64,000 nucleotides of DNA from Bacteroidota bacterium (GTDB taxonomy: Bacteria; Bacteroidota; Ignavibacteria; Kapaibacteriales; UBA2268): contig SCSM01000007.1 in NCBI GenBank assembly GCA_004322215.1, positions 192,071-256,070 of the forward strand. The letters are read 5' to 3'. A model generated the notes under the pieces. The model saw nothing but the letters and a program-made list of their open reading frames with translations, searched no databases and was not told the DNA's origin. A program made the translations under genes and the position numbers. This document shows positions 1 through 9,421 of the stretch, in pieces (the stretch's first letter is position 1; each line of letters starts with the position of its first letter).

Positions 1-509
1 ATTTGAAAATCACCCACACCCGGGGCTGATTCTGAAACTTCCTGAAAATCATGTATTGACTTATCATCTGCCGGTTTTTTAAAAAGAATATCATTACCGG
101 GAAATTTCAATATGTTACTTAAACATGAAATAATATAATCAATATTTTTTAAGATATTGGCTTTGACTTCGCTATCGGTAATCAGAAGCAAATCACTTAG
201 CTGATTGACGGCAGAGTGAAAAATATCGAACATATAAACCATTGGCGATATTTCACCCTTTTTCATAGCAGAAAACACACTTTCCAAAGATTGACACAGT
301 TTTTCTATTGTCCTTAAATTCACTGCCCTGGCAGCACCTTTCAAGCTGTGGACCTCACGAAAAACCGATTCGATAGTTACACCGGAATTATCACTGTCTT
401 GCTTTTCGAGCTCGAGTAAACCATTAGCCAAATGCTTCAAATGCTCTTCGGCTTCTATACGGAAAGTAGCCAACAGTTTCTTCTGAAATTCTTTTTCTTT
501 TGCATCCAT
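1..509 (-). CDS. cheA: Chemotaxis-type histidine kinase CheA/WspE, N-terminal Hpt domain (partial, runs off window start)
   Basis: Not in the ORF track. Manual translation from ATG at 509: MDAKEKEFQKKLLATFRIEAEEHLKHLANGLLELE...VFREVHSLKGAARAV (Hpt HSLKG motif); directly downstream of the MCP. Confidence 0.9.
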   Translation of the reverse strand, partial: MDAKEKEFQKKLLATFRIEAEEHLKHLANGLLELEKQDSDNSGVTIESVFREVHSLKGAARAVNLRTIEKLCQSLESVFSAMKKGEISPMVYMFDIFHSAVNQLSDLLLITDSEVKANILKNIDYIISCLSNILKFPGNDILFKKPADDKSIHDFQEVSESAPGVGDFQ

Positions 510-601
510 CGTTTTGTTAATTTTCTGTCATATTAATCAAACAAATCAAAAATTCACATTATTTTTTTAAAATTGTGAATCGTTAAATTTTTAAATGTTA
601 A

Positions 602-2239
602 TTATATTTTAAACCTTTCCGAAATTTCCTTTAATTTTGAACCGAGCGATTTCAGGTTTTCAGCAGAAACCTCAACCTGTCTCGTACTTGCAACGTTTTC
701 GGAGCTTGCCTGCTTAATGCTATCCATAGCAACGACAATCTGCTCCATACCAACCAACTGTTGTTGTGTCGATGCAGATACTTGTGTCGCTGCCTGCCTG
801 GCTTCGGAAATATTGTCGGCAAGCATCTTGATTGATTCGCCGGCTTCCATAGCTTGCTTTACACCGTTTTCAACTGCCCTGTTCCCCTGTTCGGTAGCCA
901 TAACAGCCGAACTTGTAGCTTTTTGTACATCGCCAAGTATCATCCGAACCTGGGAAGTGGCTTTCTTTGCCTGGTCGGCAAGTTCTTTCACTTCCTGAGC
1001 TACGACACTGAATCCCTTGCCCTGCTCGCCTGCCCTTGCTGCTTCGATAGCAGCATTAACAGCTAATAAGTTTACCTGCTCTGCTATATCGTTTACGGAT
1101 GCTGCTATTTCTCCGATTGCCTGTCCCTTTTCACTAAGCAGAATAATCTTTTCGGCAACGCTTTCCATCTGTTCACGAATGAGGTTCATTGCCTCGATGT
1201 TTTCTTCGACAGACCTGGCTCCGCTTTCGGATATTTGTACAGTTTTGACAGCGAGGTCGTAAACGTATTTTGCCTTCTGGCTGACTAAATCAGAAGTCTG
1301 TTTTACTTCTTCGACAGTAGTACTCGTTTCGGTAATCGCAGTAGCAGTTTCGGAAGCGCTGCGGGCTACCTGGGCAGAAGCTGCAGCTATTTCGCTTGCT
1401 GATGTAGATAAAACATTGATTCCTTCGGCTGATTCTTTCGTTATATTTTTAAAGGCATCAACCATTTTCCTGAAGGATTGATTTAGTAATCCTACTTCAT
1501 CTTTACGTTCAGTGGCTTGTATATTGACTGTCAAATCTCCACCTGCAACAGATTCTGATACAGTAGATACAACCCTCAATGGCTTTGCAATTAAACCATT
1601 GAATATCAGTACAATCCCAAAACCAAAGACAACAGAAATTATTGCAAGAATTATGAATAATGTATTCGCATTGGCTGCATCCTTATCCGAAGCATCTACA
1701 TTTCTTTTGGCGATATTTTCAATTTCAACTATTAAATTATCGGCTAATATTTTCATTTTTTGATTGCGTTCAGCTTGAATACCTAAAGCATTTTTTATGG
1801 TTTCCTGTGTATTACCTGCAAAAATTAAAGGTATTTGTACTTTATCTCTTGTTTCATTGAATAATCTTCGAATTTCAACAAATTCATTAAATTTAGAATT
1901 TAATTTTGGGTATTTGTTTATATAATTTCTTAATTTGTCTATAAATGATTCACTAATTTCTTTTCGCTCCTGAATATCCTTATAATACTTTTCCTGTTCG
2001 CTTCGGTCCTTTTGTATAATCATCATAAGTAAATTTGAACGATTACCATTTTGATTAGCACGTAAATCTTTCATCGCTATAGCAGCTTCAAAATCATCAT
2101 GTAAAATTGTATTCTGTGATTTCTGCATTTCACTTATCACATTATTAGCAATCACAACTATACCTAGCAACAATACTATCATTATTCCAAAACCAAACAA
2201 CAGTTTGTTGCGGATACCCATATTCATCAGCCATTTCAT
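602..2239 (-). CDS. Methyl-accepting chemotaxis protein (2 TM, helical sensor, HAMP, signalling domain), WspA-like
   Basis: NLLAVNAAIEAARAGEQGKGFSVVAQEVKELA hairpin; HAMP motif DEVGLL. Confidence 0.95.
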   Translation of the reverse strand: MKWLMNMGIRNKLLFGFGIMIVLLLGIVVIANNVISEMQKSQNTILHDDFEAAIAMKDLRANQNGNRSNLLMMIIQKDRSEQEKYYKDIQERKEISESFIDKLRNYINKYPKLNSKFNEFVEIRRLFNETRDKVQIPLIFAGNTQETIKNALGIQAERNQKMKILADNLIVEIENIAKRNVDASDKDAANANTLFIILAIISVVFGFGIVLIFNGLIAKPLRVVSTVSESVAGGDLTVNIQATERKDEVGLLNQSFRKMVDAFKNITKESAEGINVLSTSASEIAAASAQVARSASETATAITETSTTVEEVKQTSDLVSQKAKYVYDLAVKTVQISESGARSVEENIEAMNLIREQMESVAEKIILLSEKGQAIGEIAASVNDIAEQVNLLAVNAAIEAARAGEQGKGFSVVAQEVKELADQAKKATSQVRMILGDVQKATSSAVMATEQGNRAVENGVKQAMEAGESIKMLADNISEARQAATQVSASTQQQLVGMEQIVVAMDSIKQASSENVASTRQVEVSAENLKSLGSKLKEISERFKI

Positions 2240-2385
2240 AACAACTCCATATAAAAGTTTTACAATATCATATAATTTTCATTTAAATGTCAGAAAATTG
2301 ATTATTGTGATTTTAATGATTATTTAATTTTCAATCACATTAATCATATAAATCAAATAAATCACATTTCAGATTTATTTTTCTT

Positions 2386-2991
2386 TTAACCGATTTCATC
2401 CTTAACGATAAACCTTTTATCAGTAAGAATCTTTTCGCAATTCAATATAATTACACCGTCATTCGTAACGCCTTTCAGAAATTCATCGCTGATACTTTTG
2501 ACCCTGGGAACTTCTTTTTGGAGTTCATCAACCCTGACCGAGCAAACATCAACAATCGAGTCAGCAAGTACACCGAACTGCATCTCCGAATTTTCTATAA
2601 GGATAATTTTATTAAAGTCTGTAATTCCTTTGTCCGGTAAGGAAAAAAATTTGCGAATATCCACTACGGAAACAACTTTGCCACGAACATTAACTATTCC
2701 CACAATGAGTGGTGGTGTGCAAGGAACCGGGGTAAACTCCTTTAACGGATAAACTTCTTTTACATAGCCGAGTTCAAAACCATAAATTTCATTTGACAAC
2801 TGAAATTCGATAATTTCAATTAATTCGACATCCATTTTAATCGAAGGTTCTTTAGCGAGTTCGATTGCCCTTTGTTTCAGAATCTTAATTATTGTAGCTT
2901 CATCGGCATACCCCATACCGATATTTTCAGACCTCCTAACAACTTCTTTAATGTTTTCCCAATCAAAACTCTTTGTCATTTTTTCAGTCAT
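2386..2991 (-). CDS. cheW: CheW adaptor with N-terminal extension (WspD-like)
   Basis: ILKQRAIELAKEP extension; GIVNVRGKVVSVVD and FGVLAD motifs. Confidence 0.9.
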   Translation of the reverse strand: MTEKMTKSFDWENIKEVVRRSENIGMGYADEATIIKILKQRAIELAKEPSIKMDVELIEIIEFQLSNEIYGFELGYVKEVYPLKEFTPVPCTPPLIVGIVNVRGKVVSVVDIRKFFSLPDKGITDFNKIILIENSEMQFGVLADSIVDVCSVRVDELQKEVPRVKSISDEFLKGVTNDGVIILNCEKILTDKRFIVKDEIG

Positions 2992-3000
2992 TAATTCACC

Positions 3001-4524
3001 TTAATAAATAGATTCGGATAAATGTGAAATAATTTCTTTCAATCTGCCTGCAGTGATTCCGGAAGATTCAGGAATAATTTCGTCATCATTAAAATTTTTC
3101 AGCAGGTTTCCTGCATTTTTAAAATATTTTTTCGACTCAGTTATTTTTCCCAGTTTAAGGAACAAATTTCCAAGTCCGAAATGAGCAATCACGAACCTGG
3201 AATCGAGATATATTGCTTTTTTCAGCCAATCAACAGCTTCTCCGTATTTTCCGGATTCCTGTGAAATCGTTGAGAGGAGATAATATGGTTCGGGATTCAG
3301 TTTGTCAATTTCGATTGCTTTTTTACAGTAGGCGATTGATTCTTCGGATAATCCCCTGTTTCCCGCAATTTTAGCTAATAAAATAATTACATCTGAATTT
3401 TTATTTTCTGTTTCTGAAAAAGATTTTAATATTTTTTCGGAACCTATATAATCACCTTTGTCAAACAGGGATGTGGCAATTTCCAATGATTGGTTTGACT
3501 GAGTTAAGGAATTGTCTTCCTTTTTTATTTTTTTCGGCTCTTTATTAATTTTCTTAGGTATAAGATTTACAATCCTTGGAAATTTCTGAATCCTTAAAAA
3601 ATCATTTTCAGATAATTCATTTTCTATCTGTATAAATTTTTCCTGGGGTTTAAAAACATAAGATTCGGGAATATAATCCGTTTTGTTCTTTTTATACAAA
3701 ATCACATCCGGGAAATACAATGTCTCGTAAGCACCGAACAAAAGATGAGAAGCCTCACTCGGACTGACAATCAGCAAGCCGGTATCGCTTAGCGAATGGA
3801 AGAATTTTTCAATGGATTTGTTCATCAAATCCTGGGTAAAATACATCATTACGTTACGGCAAAATATAATGTCGAATGCAAATAAATTGTGTAGCATCGA
3901 AGGAAATGGGTCAAGAGCTAGATTATGGTATACAAATGTTACCATATCTTTGATTTGCTTCTTGATTTTGAAATGTCCTTTGGGGTTTTCATCAAAATAA
4001 TTAATTTTCAGCCAATCCGGGGAATTGCGGAAAGACCAATCCTTATAAACACCATCATTTGCTTTCTTTAATGATTTCGGATTGATATCGGTAGCCATAA
4101 TAGTTATTTTCCAGTTTTCGATATCGCTTATAATTCTGTGCAGCATAATTGCAATTGAATATGCCTCTTCTCCGGTAGAACAGCCGGCGGACCAAATTCT
4201 CAATCTTTTATCTTTTACGGTATTGACAGGTAAAATTTCATCTTTAATAATTTTTTCGACCGAATGAAAATATTTTATATCCCTGAAGAAATATGTTTCA
4301 CCTATTGTAAAATGTGTTGAAAGTTTTTCTATCTCGTTACTTGTAAGCCCGGAATCAGGCAGCCACTCAATAAATTTTGAGAAATCATCGAAGCCGAAAT
4401 CCTTTCTTGCGTTATACAAGCCATGTTCAAGTTCGCCGAATCTTTCTTTTGGGAAATTCAGACCGAGTTTAGAGGATATAAATCCGCTAAGCAAATATGC
4501 GGTTTTCTCGGGAATCCGATTCAT
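3001..4524 (-). CDS. cheR: CheR methyltransferase with C-terminal TPR repeats (WspC-like)
   Basis: TIGETYFFRD, RIWSAGCSTGEEAYS, FDIIFCRNVMMYF; TPR helices at the C-terminus. Confidence 0.93.
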   Translation of the reverse strand: MNRIPEKTAYLLSGFISSKLGLNFPKERFGELEHGLYNARKDFGFDDFSKFIEWLPDSGLTSNEIEKLSTHFTIGETYFFRDIKYFHSVEKIIKDEILPVNTVKDKRLRIWSAGCSTGEEAYSIAIMLHRIISDIENWKITIMATDINPKSLKKANDGVYKDWSFRNSPDWLKINYFDENPKGHFKIKKQIKDMVTFVYHNLALDPFPSMLHNLFAFDIIFCRNVMMYFTQDLMNKSIEKFFHSLSDTGLLIVSPSEASHLLFGAYETLYFPDVILYKKNKTDYIPESYVFKPQEKFIQIENELSENDFLRIQKFPRIVNLIPKKINKEPKKIKKEDNSLTQSNQSLEIATSLFDKGDYIGSEKILKSFSETENKNSDVIILLAKIAGNRGLSEESIAYCKKAIEIDKLNPEPYYLLSTISQESGKYGEAVDWLKKAIYLDSRFVIAHFGLGNLFLKLGKITESKKYFKNAGNLLKNFNDDEIIPESSGITAGRLKEIISHLSESIY

Positions 4525-4577
4525 AAATTAGCGATAATCTATTGATTATTTTAATTGTACTATAATATAAACATAAG

Positions 4578-5039
4578 CTAACTAAGCTTTTCTAAAGCTT
4601 TGTTAAGCATTATTTCTTCTTCGAACGATAAAAAATCATCTACATCAGATATATAAATAATATCATCTTTTAATTTTGAAATACCTTTTATATGTTTAAG
4701 CGTCGGTATAACCGAAGTCGAATCCATAATTTCATCCTCCGATATTCTTTCAATACCTTCAGTTTCGTCCACAAGTAATCCTATGAGACGGTTTGGTGTA
4801 TTAATTAAAATGATTTGGTCTGACAGTTCAATATTCTTTTCATTTATACCTATTCTGAGCCGTATATCTGCAACAGGAACAAATCTGCCCTGAACGTTAA
4901 TAATACCTCGAATAAAGTGCGGTGCCTCTGGCAAGTGTGTTATATTAACGATAGAAATTACTTTTTGAACATTCTTCAATTGAACAGCATATCGCTGTGA
5001 ATCACAATGGAATAACAATAGTTCTCTTAAATTTTCCAT
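4578..5039 (-). CDS. cheW: CheW adaptor (WspB-like)
   Basis: LPEAPHFIRGIINVQGRFVPVADIR, IGLLVD. Confidence 0.9.
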   Translation of the reverse strand: MENLRELLLFHCDSQRYAVQLKNVQKVISIVNITHLPEAPHFIRGIINVQGRFVPVADIRLRIGINEKNIELSDQIILINTPNRLIGLLVDETEGIERISEDEIMDSTSVIPTLKHIKGISKLKDDIIYISDVDDFLSFEEEIMLNKALEKLS

Positions 5040-5458
5040 TTGTCATATTAGTAAAAATATAAACCTATAAACTTATTACTAAACAAATCTTAATATTTAT
5101 TCAATACCACTACGATATTACATTAGTAAAAAATTCTTTTGTATAAAATAAATATAAATAAAAATAAATAAAAAATCAATACTGTATAGAAATATTTTAT
5201 ATTTTTAAGAGAATTAGATAATCAATATAAGTATTCGTAGAATTTTGGTACGGTCATAATATTATTTGAAGATTATTAATAAGATTTGATATAAAATATT
5301 TATAAGAATTTTTAATATTTCATATAAAAGATTCGGAATTAGTTTATATATAGAAGTATTAGTAGGTTTTTGATAATTTTTTTTTGAATTTATAATTGGA
5401 TATAACAAAAAATAAGAAATCGAAATTGATATGATTATAATATCAACATTAAAAAATG

Positions 5459-5481
5459 TTGGGGAGTTATGCACTCCCCAA
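5459..5481 (-). terminator. Intrinsic terminator of the TetR-hemerythrin-DUF6448-cupin operon
   Basis: TTGGGGAGT-tatgc-ACTCCCCAA hairpin about 15 bp after the cupin stop, followed on the minus strand by a T run. Confidence 0.75.
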
Positions 5482-5495
5482 AGTCATTATCATTA

Positions 5496-5813
5496 TTATA
5501 AGTTAAGAATTTTCGTTACCAGGATCCTCAAGGGCTTATCACTGTTATTTCTCCAGCCACGTTCCAATTCGGCGGGACTGGGTATTAATGTATCCCTGGA
5601 CACTTCTTGAACTTCATTGCCGATAGAGGCGATGCCCGAACCGTCAAGTATGTAAAATAATGCATTTAAATTCATTGTGTGTTTTGGCAAGGACTCTCCC
5701 GGATTAAGAGTAATATGTAAAATTTGAATTTTATCATCCTGAAATAAAATCCTGACATCCACATTATGAGGATTTGGATTCACCGGTAAATTTTTATAAG
5801 TGATTGTTTCCAT
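5496..5813 (-). CDS. Cupin domain protein
   Basis: LNPGESLPKH...FYILDGSG...RNNSDKPLRILV cupin_2 pattern. Confidence 0.85.
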   Translation of the reverse strand: METITYKNLPVNPNPHNVDVRILFQDDKIQILHITLNPGESLPKHTMNLNALFYILDGSGIASIGNEVQEVSRDTLIPSPAELERGWRNNSDKPLRILVTKILNL

Positions 5814-5837
5814 TTTTTATTATTTAAATTTAAAATT

Positions 5838-6587
5838 TTATACTTTTCTTCTTTTAGATGTAATAATCTGTACTGCCACAACCAGTACTGTAGCACCGAT
5901 AATCAGTAAATGTCCTGTTGTGTCATGTTCCGAAGTTGAATGAACCGCTTGACTAACTGTTCCATTTTCATGTTTTACATTACCGTGACCATCAGCTTGT
6001 GAATGCTCTACCGAGTGTGCCGGCAATTTCGAAGCAGCATTGTAGATTCCTTCGACATAGTGCATGAATGTAACATATTTCTCTACAAATTCCCTGCCTG
6101 CCCCAACATTATTTTTATCGAAGTTCTTTGCAGTAATCATATTATTAAATTTAACTGAAACACCTACCTGAATATGTTGGTTCAACAACTTGAGGACATC
6201 TGAATCAGAACTTGATTCGAGAGCTTTATCAGATGCCTGAATCGGTGGTTCTATTTCAGTGTCTTCTTTTATACCTGTATATGGGGCGCCTTCACCCTGC
6301 CTGTGAATTCGGACGAGCGTCTCAAAGAAATAATTATCGGCAAGTTCCTGCACTTTCGGATTTGTTTTTCTGACATCTAATGTATTTTTAAAAGCTTTTT
6401 TAATTATCTCTTCTGCATCAGGTTTTACCCAAATCAGAACAAGATTAACATTCCCTGTTTTTATGGCTTCTTTTGCTGCACTAATAACTGGACCGCTTTT
6501 TGTATCGCAATGCGAATAAGCATCCTGAATTGATACGGAGCCAATTAAGATTGAGAGTATAAACGAAAATAAAAAAGATTTCTTCAT
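5838..6587 (-). CDS. Exported DUF6448-like protein with His-rich linker and C-terminal membrane anchor
   Basis: Signal peptide then HCDTKSGPVI; FFETLVRIHRQGEGAPYTGIK; GREFVEKYVTFMHYVE; hydrophobic tail followed by basic residues. Confidence 0.7.
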   Translation of the reverse strand: MKKSFLFSFILSILIGSVSIQDAYSHCDTKSGPVISAAKEAIKTGNVNLVLIWVKPDAEEIIKKAFKNTLDVRKTNPKVQELADNYFFETLVRIHRQGEGAPYTGIKEDTEIEPPIQASDKALESSSDSDVLKLLNQHIQVGVSVKFNNMITAKNFDKNNVGAGREFVEKYVTFMHYVEGIYNAASKLPAHSVEHSQADGHGNVKHENGTVSQAVHSTSEHDTTGHLLIIGATVLVVAVQIITSKRRKV

Positions 6588-6624
6588 GGTATTTTTCCTT
6601 GTTTATATATAAAATTATTGAATA

Positions 6625-7170
6625 TTAACTTTCTGCCAATTCGTGCGCAATTTGATGAAAGCGTTCATGTACTCCTTCACCAACTTCCTCAGTTTCAACT
6701 TTATTGAATGATTGAACAAGCTCTTCCTGAATTTCAGGTCTTAGTACATTATCAGCCATATTGAAAAGAATTTCGTTTTCTTTATAAATATGATTTCTTA
6801 AAAGAGTAATGTAGCCCCTAAGATTGGATGATAACTTTTCGATGTCCGATTTTTCCAAATCATCATTTACTGAAACAATTTCGAACATATTTTTAATAAA
6901 TTTTCTACCCTCCTGGTGTTCATAGAGCATGACTCCAACCGGACCAGAATCTCCGTCAAATCCATTATCAATCATTTTAGGAAAAAGTAATTTTTCCTCT
7001 TTGATGTGATGACATCCATCAGTGAAATGCCTTGAAAAATCAATAAATTTTCTGATTCTTTCAATATTGACTTTCCCGTTTAATTCTATATCATGAAGCA
7101 GTTTTTCTGCACCCGAGAGTGCAAGCATTACCACCTGATGTTCATGTCTTAAAATATCTGTTGCTGACAT
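6625..7170 (-). CDS. Hemerythrin (HHE) domain protein
   Basis: LRHEH, HHIKEEKLLFP, EHQEGR, HIYKENEILF di-iron ligand motifs. Confidence 0.9.
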   Translation of the reverse strand: MSATDILRHEHQVVMLALSGAEKLLHDIELNGKVNIERIRKFIDFSRHFTDGCHHIKEEKLLFPKMIDNGFDGDSGPVGVMLYEHQEGRKFIKNMFEIVSVNDDLEKSDIEKLSSNLRGYITLLRNHIYKENEILFNMADNVLRPEIQEELVQSFNKVETEEVGEGVHERFHQIAHELAES

Positions 7171-7198
7171 ATTTTTACCTCTATATATATAAAAATTG

Positions 7199-7798
7199 TT
7201 AATTATGTTTTTTATTTTTATTCAAAAGAATTTGCAATATTTTAAAAAATTTTTCTCCGGTTCCAATTAATGAAAAATTATTGTTCGAACGTTTCCATCT
7301 GAGCAAAGTTAAGCGGATATACCCCTGAATCATCGCCGCTACGGTCTCACTTTCGACATCAATAAAAATCCCCTGCATAATACCTTCGTCAATAATATTT
7401 AACAAAGTAGAATGCCGCTTTTTAATAATCAATTTCAAATCATTTGAAACGGTTGTGTTATGCTCAAAAATTTCTTCAGCCATGAAAATCGAAACGAGTG
7501 CCGGAAATTGTGTAAATAAATTCATATTGTAGAGAATGAAATGCTTTAATTTTTTATCTGCTTGTTTAATATTATCGAGTGAAATAAATAAGTCCTCGCT
7601 TAATCTGTGAATCCTTATTATGATTCCCTTAATTATCTCGTCCTTGCTTTTAAAATGACGGTAGATGGCGGCTTCCGAAATACCGACTTGATTACCAAGT
7701 TCACGTATTGACAATGCAGAAAAACCATTGCTGTGAATGAGAGAAATTGCCTCATCAATAATCTGTTCCTGTCTTAATTCTGTCTTTAATCTTTTCAT
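7199..7798 (-). CDS. TetR/AcrR family transcriptional regulator
   Basis: HTH SIRELGNQVGISEAAIYRHFKSKDEI. Confidence 0.93.
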   Translation of the reverse strand: MKRLKTELRQEQIIDEAISLIHSNGFSALSIRELGNQVGISEAAIYRHFKSKDEIIKGIIIRIHRLSEDLFISLDNIKQADKKLKHFILYNMNLFTQFPALVSIFMAEEIFEHNTTVSNDLKLIIKKRHSTLLNIIDEGIMQGIFIDVESETVAAMIQGYIRLTLLRWKRSNNNFSLIGTGEKFFKILQILLNKNKKHN

Positions 7799-7819
7799 AA
7801 TTTCAATTATTTTTTAATA

Positions 7820-7848
7820 CAAATATAAGTTAGTTAACGTTAACTAAC
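7820..7848 (-). promoter_or_regulatory. Putative TetR operator next to a Bacteroidota-type -7 promoter box
   Basis: Perfect 20-bp palindrome GTTAGTTAACGTTAACTAAC at 7829-7848; TATATTTG (TAnnTTTG) on the minus strand at 7820-7827, just upstream of the TetR start. Confidence 0.8.
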
Positions 7849-7924
7849 AAATATTATTTTAAAAAAATCAAAAATTTTTAAAAATATTTTTTGTTACATC
7901 AAGTAGTTGAAATTAATAATCGGT

Positions 7925-9190
7925 TTAATCTTTACGGTTATTTTCTTTATTATACACGATAAGCCGGGCTCCGGGTTGATTGGTAATGTAATACCAGAAC
8001 CACTCAAACATTACCCTGAACCGGTTCCTGAAATTTATTATGAATAAGATGTGGACAAATGACCAAACGAGCCATGCAAAAAAACCGGAAAATTTTATTT
8101 TTCCAAATAATGCAATTGCTTTTGCTTTTCCTATGGTTGCAAGGTTCCCTTTGTCAAAATATTTGAATTGACCAGGTTTATAATTGGTTTTCCTGTTTGA
8201 AATCAATTTTGCAACATACTTTGCTTCCTGCATAGCAACAGGAGCAAGACCCGGAAGTAAATCTCCCCGAAAATCAACAAAATGTGCAGAATCACCTATA
8301 ACATAGGCATTATCGAAACCGGGAATTGTGAAATCACTATTTACAATTATTCTGCCTGAATTATCAAGTTCAACATTTAATGATTTCAATAAAACCGATG
8401 CTTCGTTCCCTGCAGCCCAAATTACATTCGAGGTCTCGATAATTTCATTCGGAGTATAAACCTTGTCGTAGTCAATATTTGTTACTCTCGTATTTAATAA
8501 TATATTAACACCCAGTTCTGTTAACGACTTATAAGTATATTCCGAAAGTTCAACAGGAAAATTTGGTATTAATCTATAATGTGATTCTATAAGATAAATT
8601 TTAATATCATCATATTTTAAAATAGGAAAATCAGGCAACATTGTTTTACGGGCAATTTCGGCAATGGCACCTGACAATTCGACACCTGTCGGTCCTCCGC
8701 CTATAATTACAAAGTTTAGATATTTCTTTGCCTCCGGCTTCCCATATACCCTTTCTGCATATTCAAATGATTTTAAGACCTGTTCCCTGATTGTTAATGC
8801 ATCTTTTAAAGTCTTTAGACCTTGAGCATATTTTTCCCAGTTATCATGTCCATAATAAGATTGATTTGAACCCGGGGCAAGTATCAGATAATCATATTGA
8901 AGCTCGCCGTCTTTGAAGAATACTTTTCTTTCATTTAAGTCTATTTTCAGTGCCTCATCCATTATTACCTGCACGTTTCTTTGATTTCTCAAAATGGAAC
9001 GCAAGGGAATCGCAATATCCCCGGGTGAAAGAGCTGAAGTTGCTACCTGATATAATAGTGGTTGGAACAAATGATGATTTGTTTTGTCAATCAATACAAT
9101 ATCAACATTTGCTTTCTTCAATGATTTCGCAGCAGTCAAACCACCAAACCCACCACCAATAATTATTACTCTTGGCTTCGATAATTGCAT
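7925..9190 (-). CDS. ndh: Type II NADH:quinone oxidoreductase
   Basis: GGGFGG, HLFQPLLYQVAT, GGGPTGVELSG, LPGLAPVAMQ. Confidence 0.92.
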   Translation of the reverse strand: MQLSKPRVIIIGGGFGGLTAAKSLKKANVDIVLIDKTNHHLFQPLLYQVATSALSPGDIAIPLRSILRNQRNVQVIMDEALKIDLNERKVFFKDGELQYDYLILAPGSNQSYYGHDNWEKYAQGLKTLKDALTIREQVLKSFEYAERVYGKPEAKKYLNFVIIGGGPTGVELSGAIAEIARKTMLPDFPILKYDDIKIYLIESHYRLIPNFPVELSEYTYKSLTELGVNILLNTRVTNIDYDKVYTPNEIIETSNVIWAAGNEASVLLKSLNVELDNSGRIIVNSDFTIPGFDNAYVIGDSAHFVDFRGDLLPGLAPVAMQEAKYVAKLISNRKTNYKPGQFKYFDKGNLATIGKAKAIALFGKIKFSGFFAWLVWSFVHILFIINFRNRFRVMFEWFWYYITNQPGARLIVYNKENNRKD

Positions 9191-9421
9191 AATTATTAAT
9201 TTAAGACAATAATATCTGAAATTAAATTGACGAATAATTAATATCTATTGTTTTGATTTATGATTAAAAATAATAAAACTTTTGTTGTTATTAGCTGCTT
9301 TATTTATTATTTATTTTTAATATTTAGCTTAGATAATTTTATTTAATTTTACGTTTTCTAAATTAAGAATAACTAAATATTATTTTTTCTTTTTGTATAG
9401 AATTTTTATAAGGTATAAATA

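Noticed and set aside
5262..5474. 70-aa ORF in the AT-rich spacer
   Set aside because: Low-complexity I/N/K/Y sequence overlapping a terminator; likely spurious
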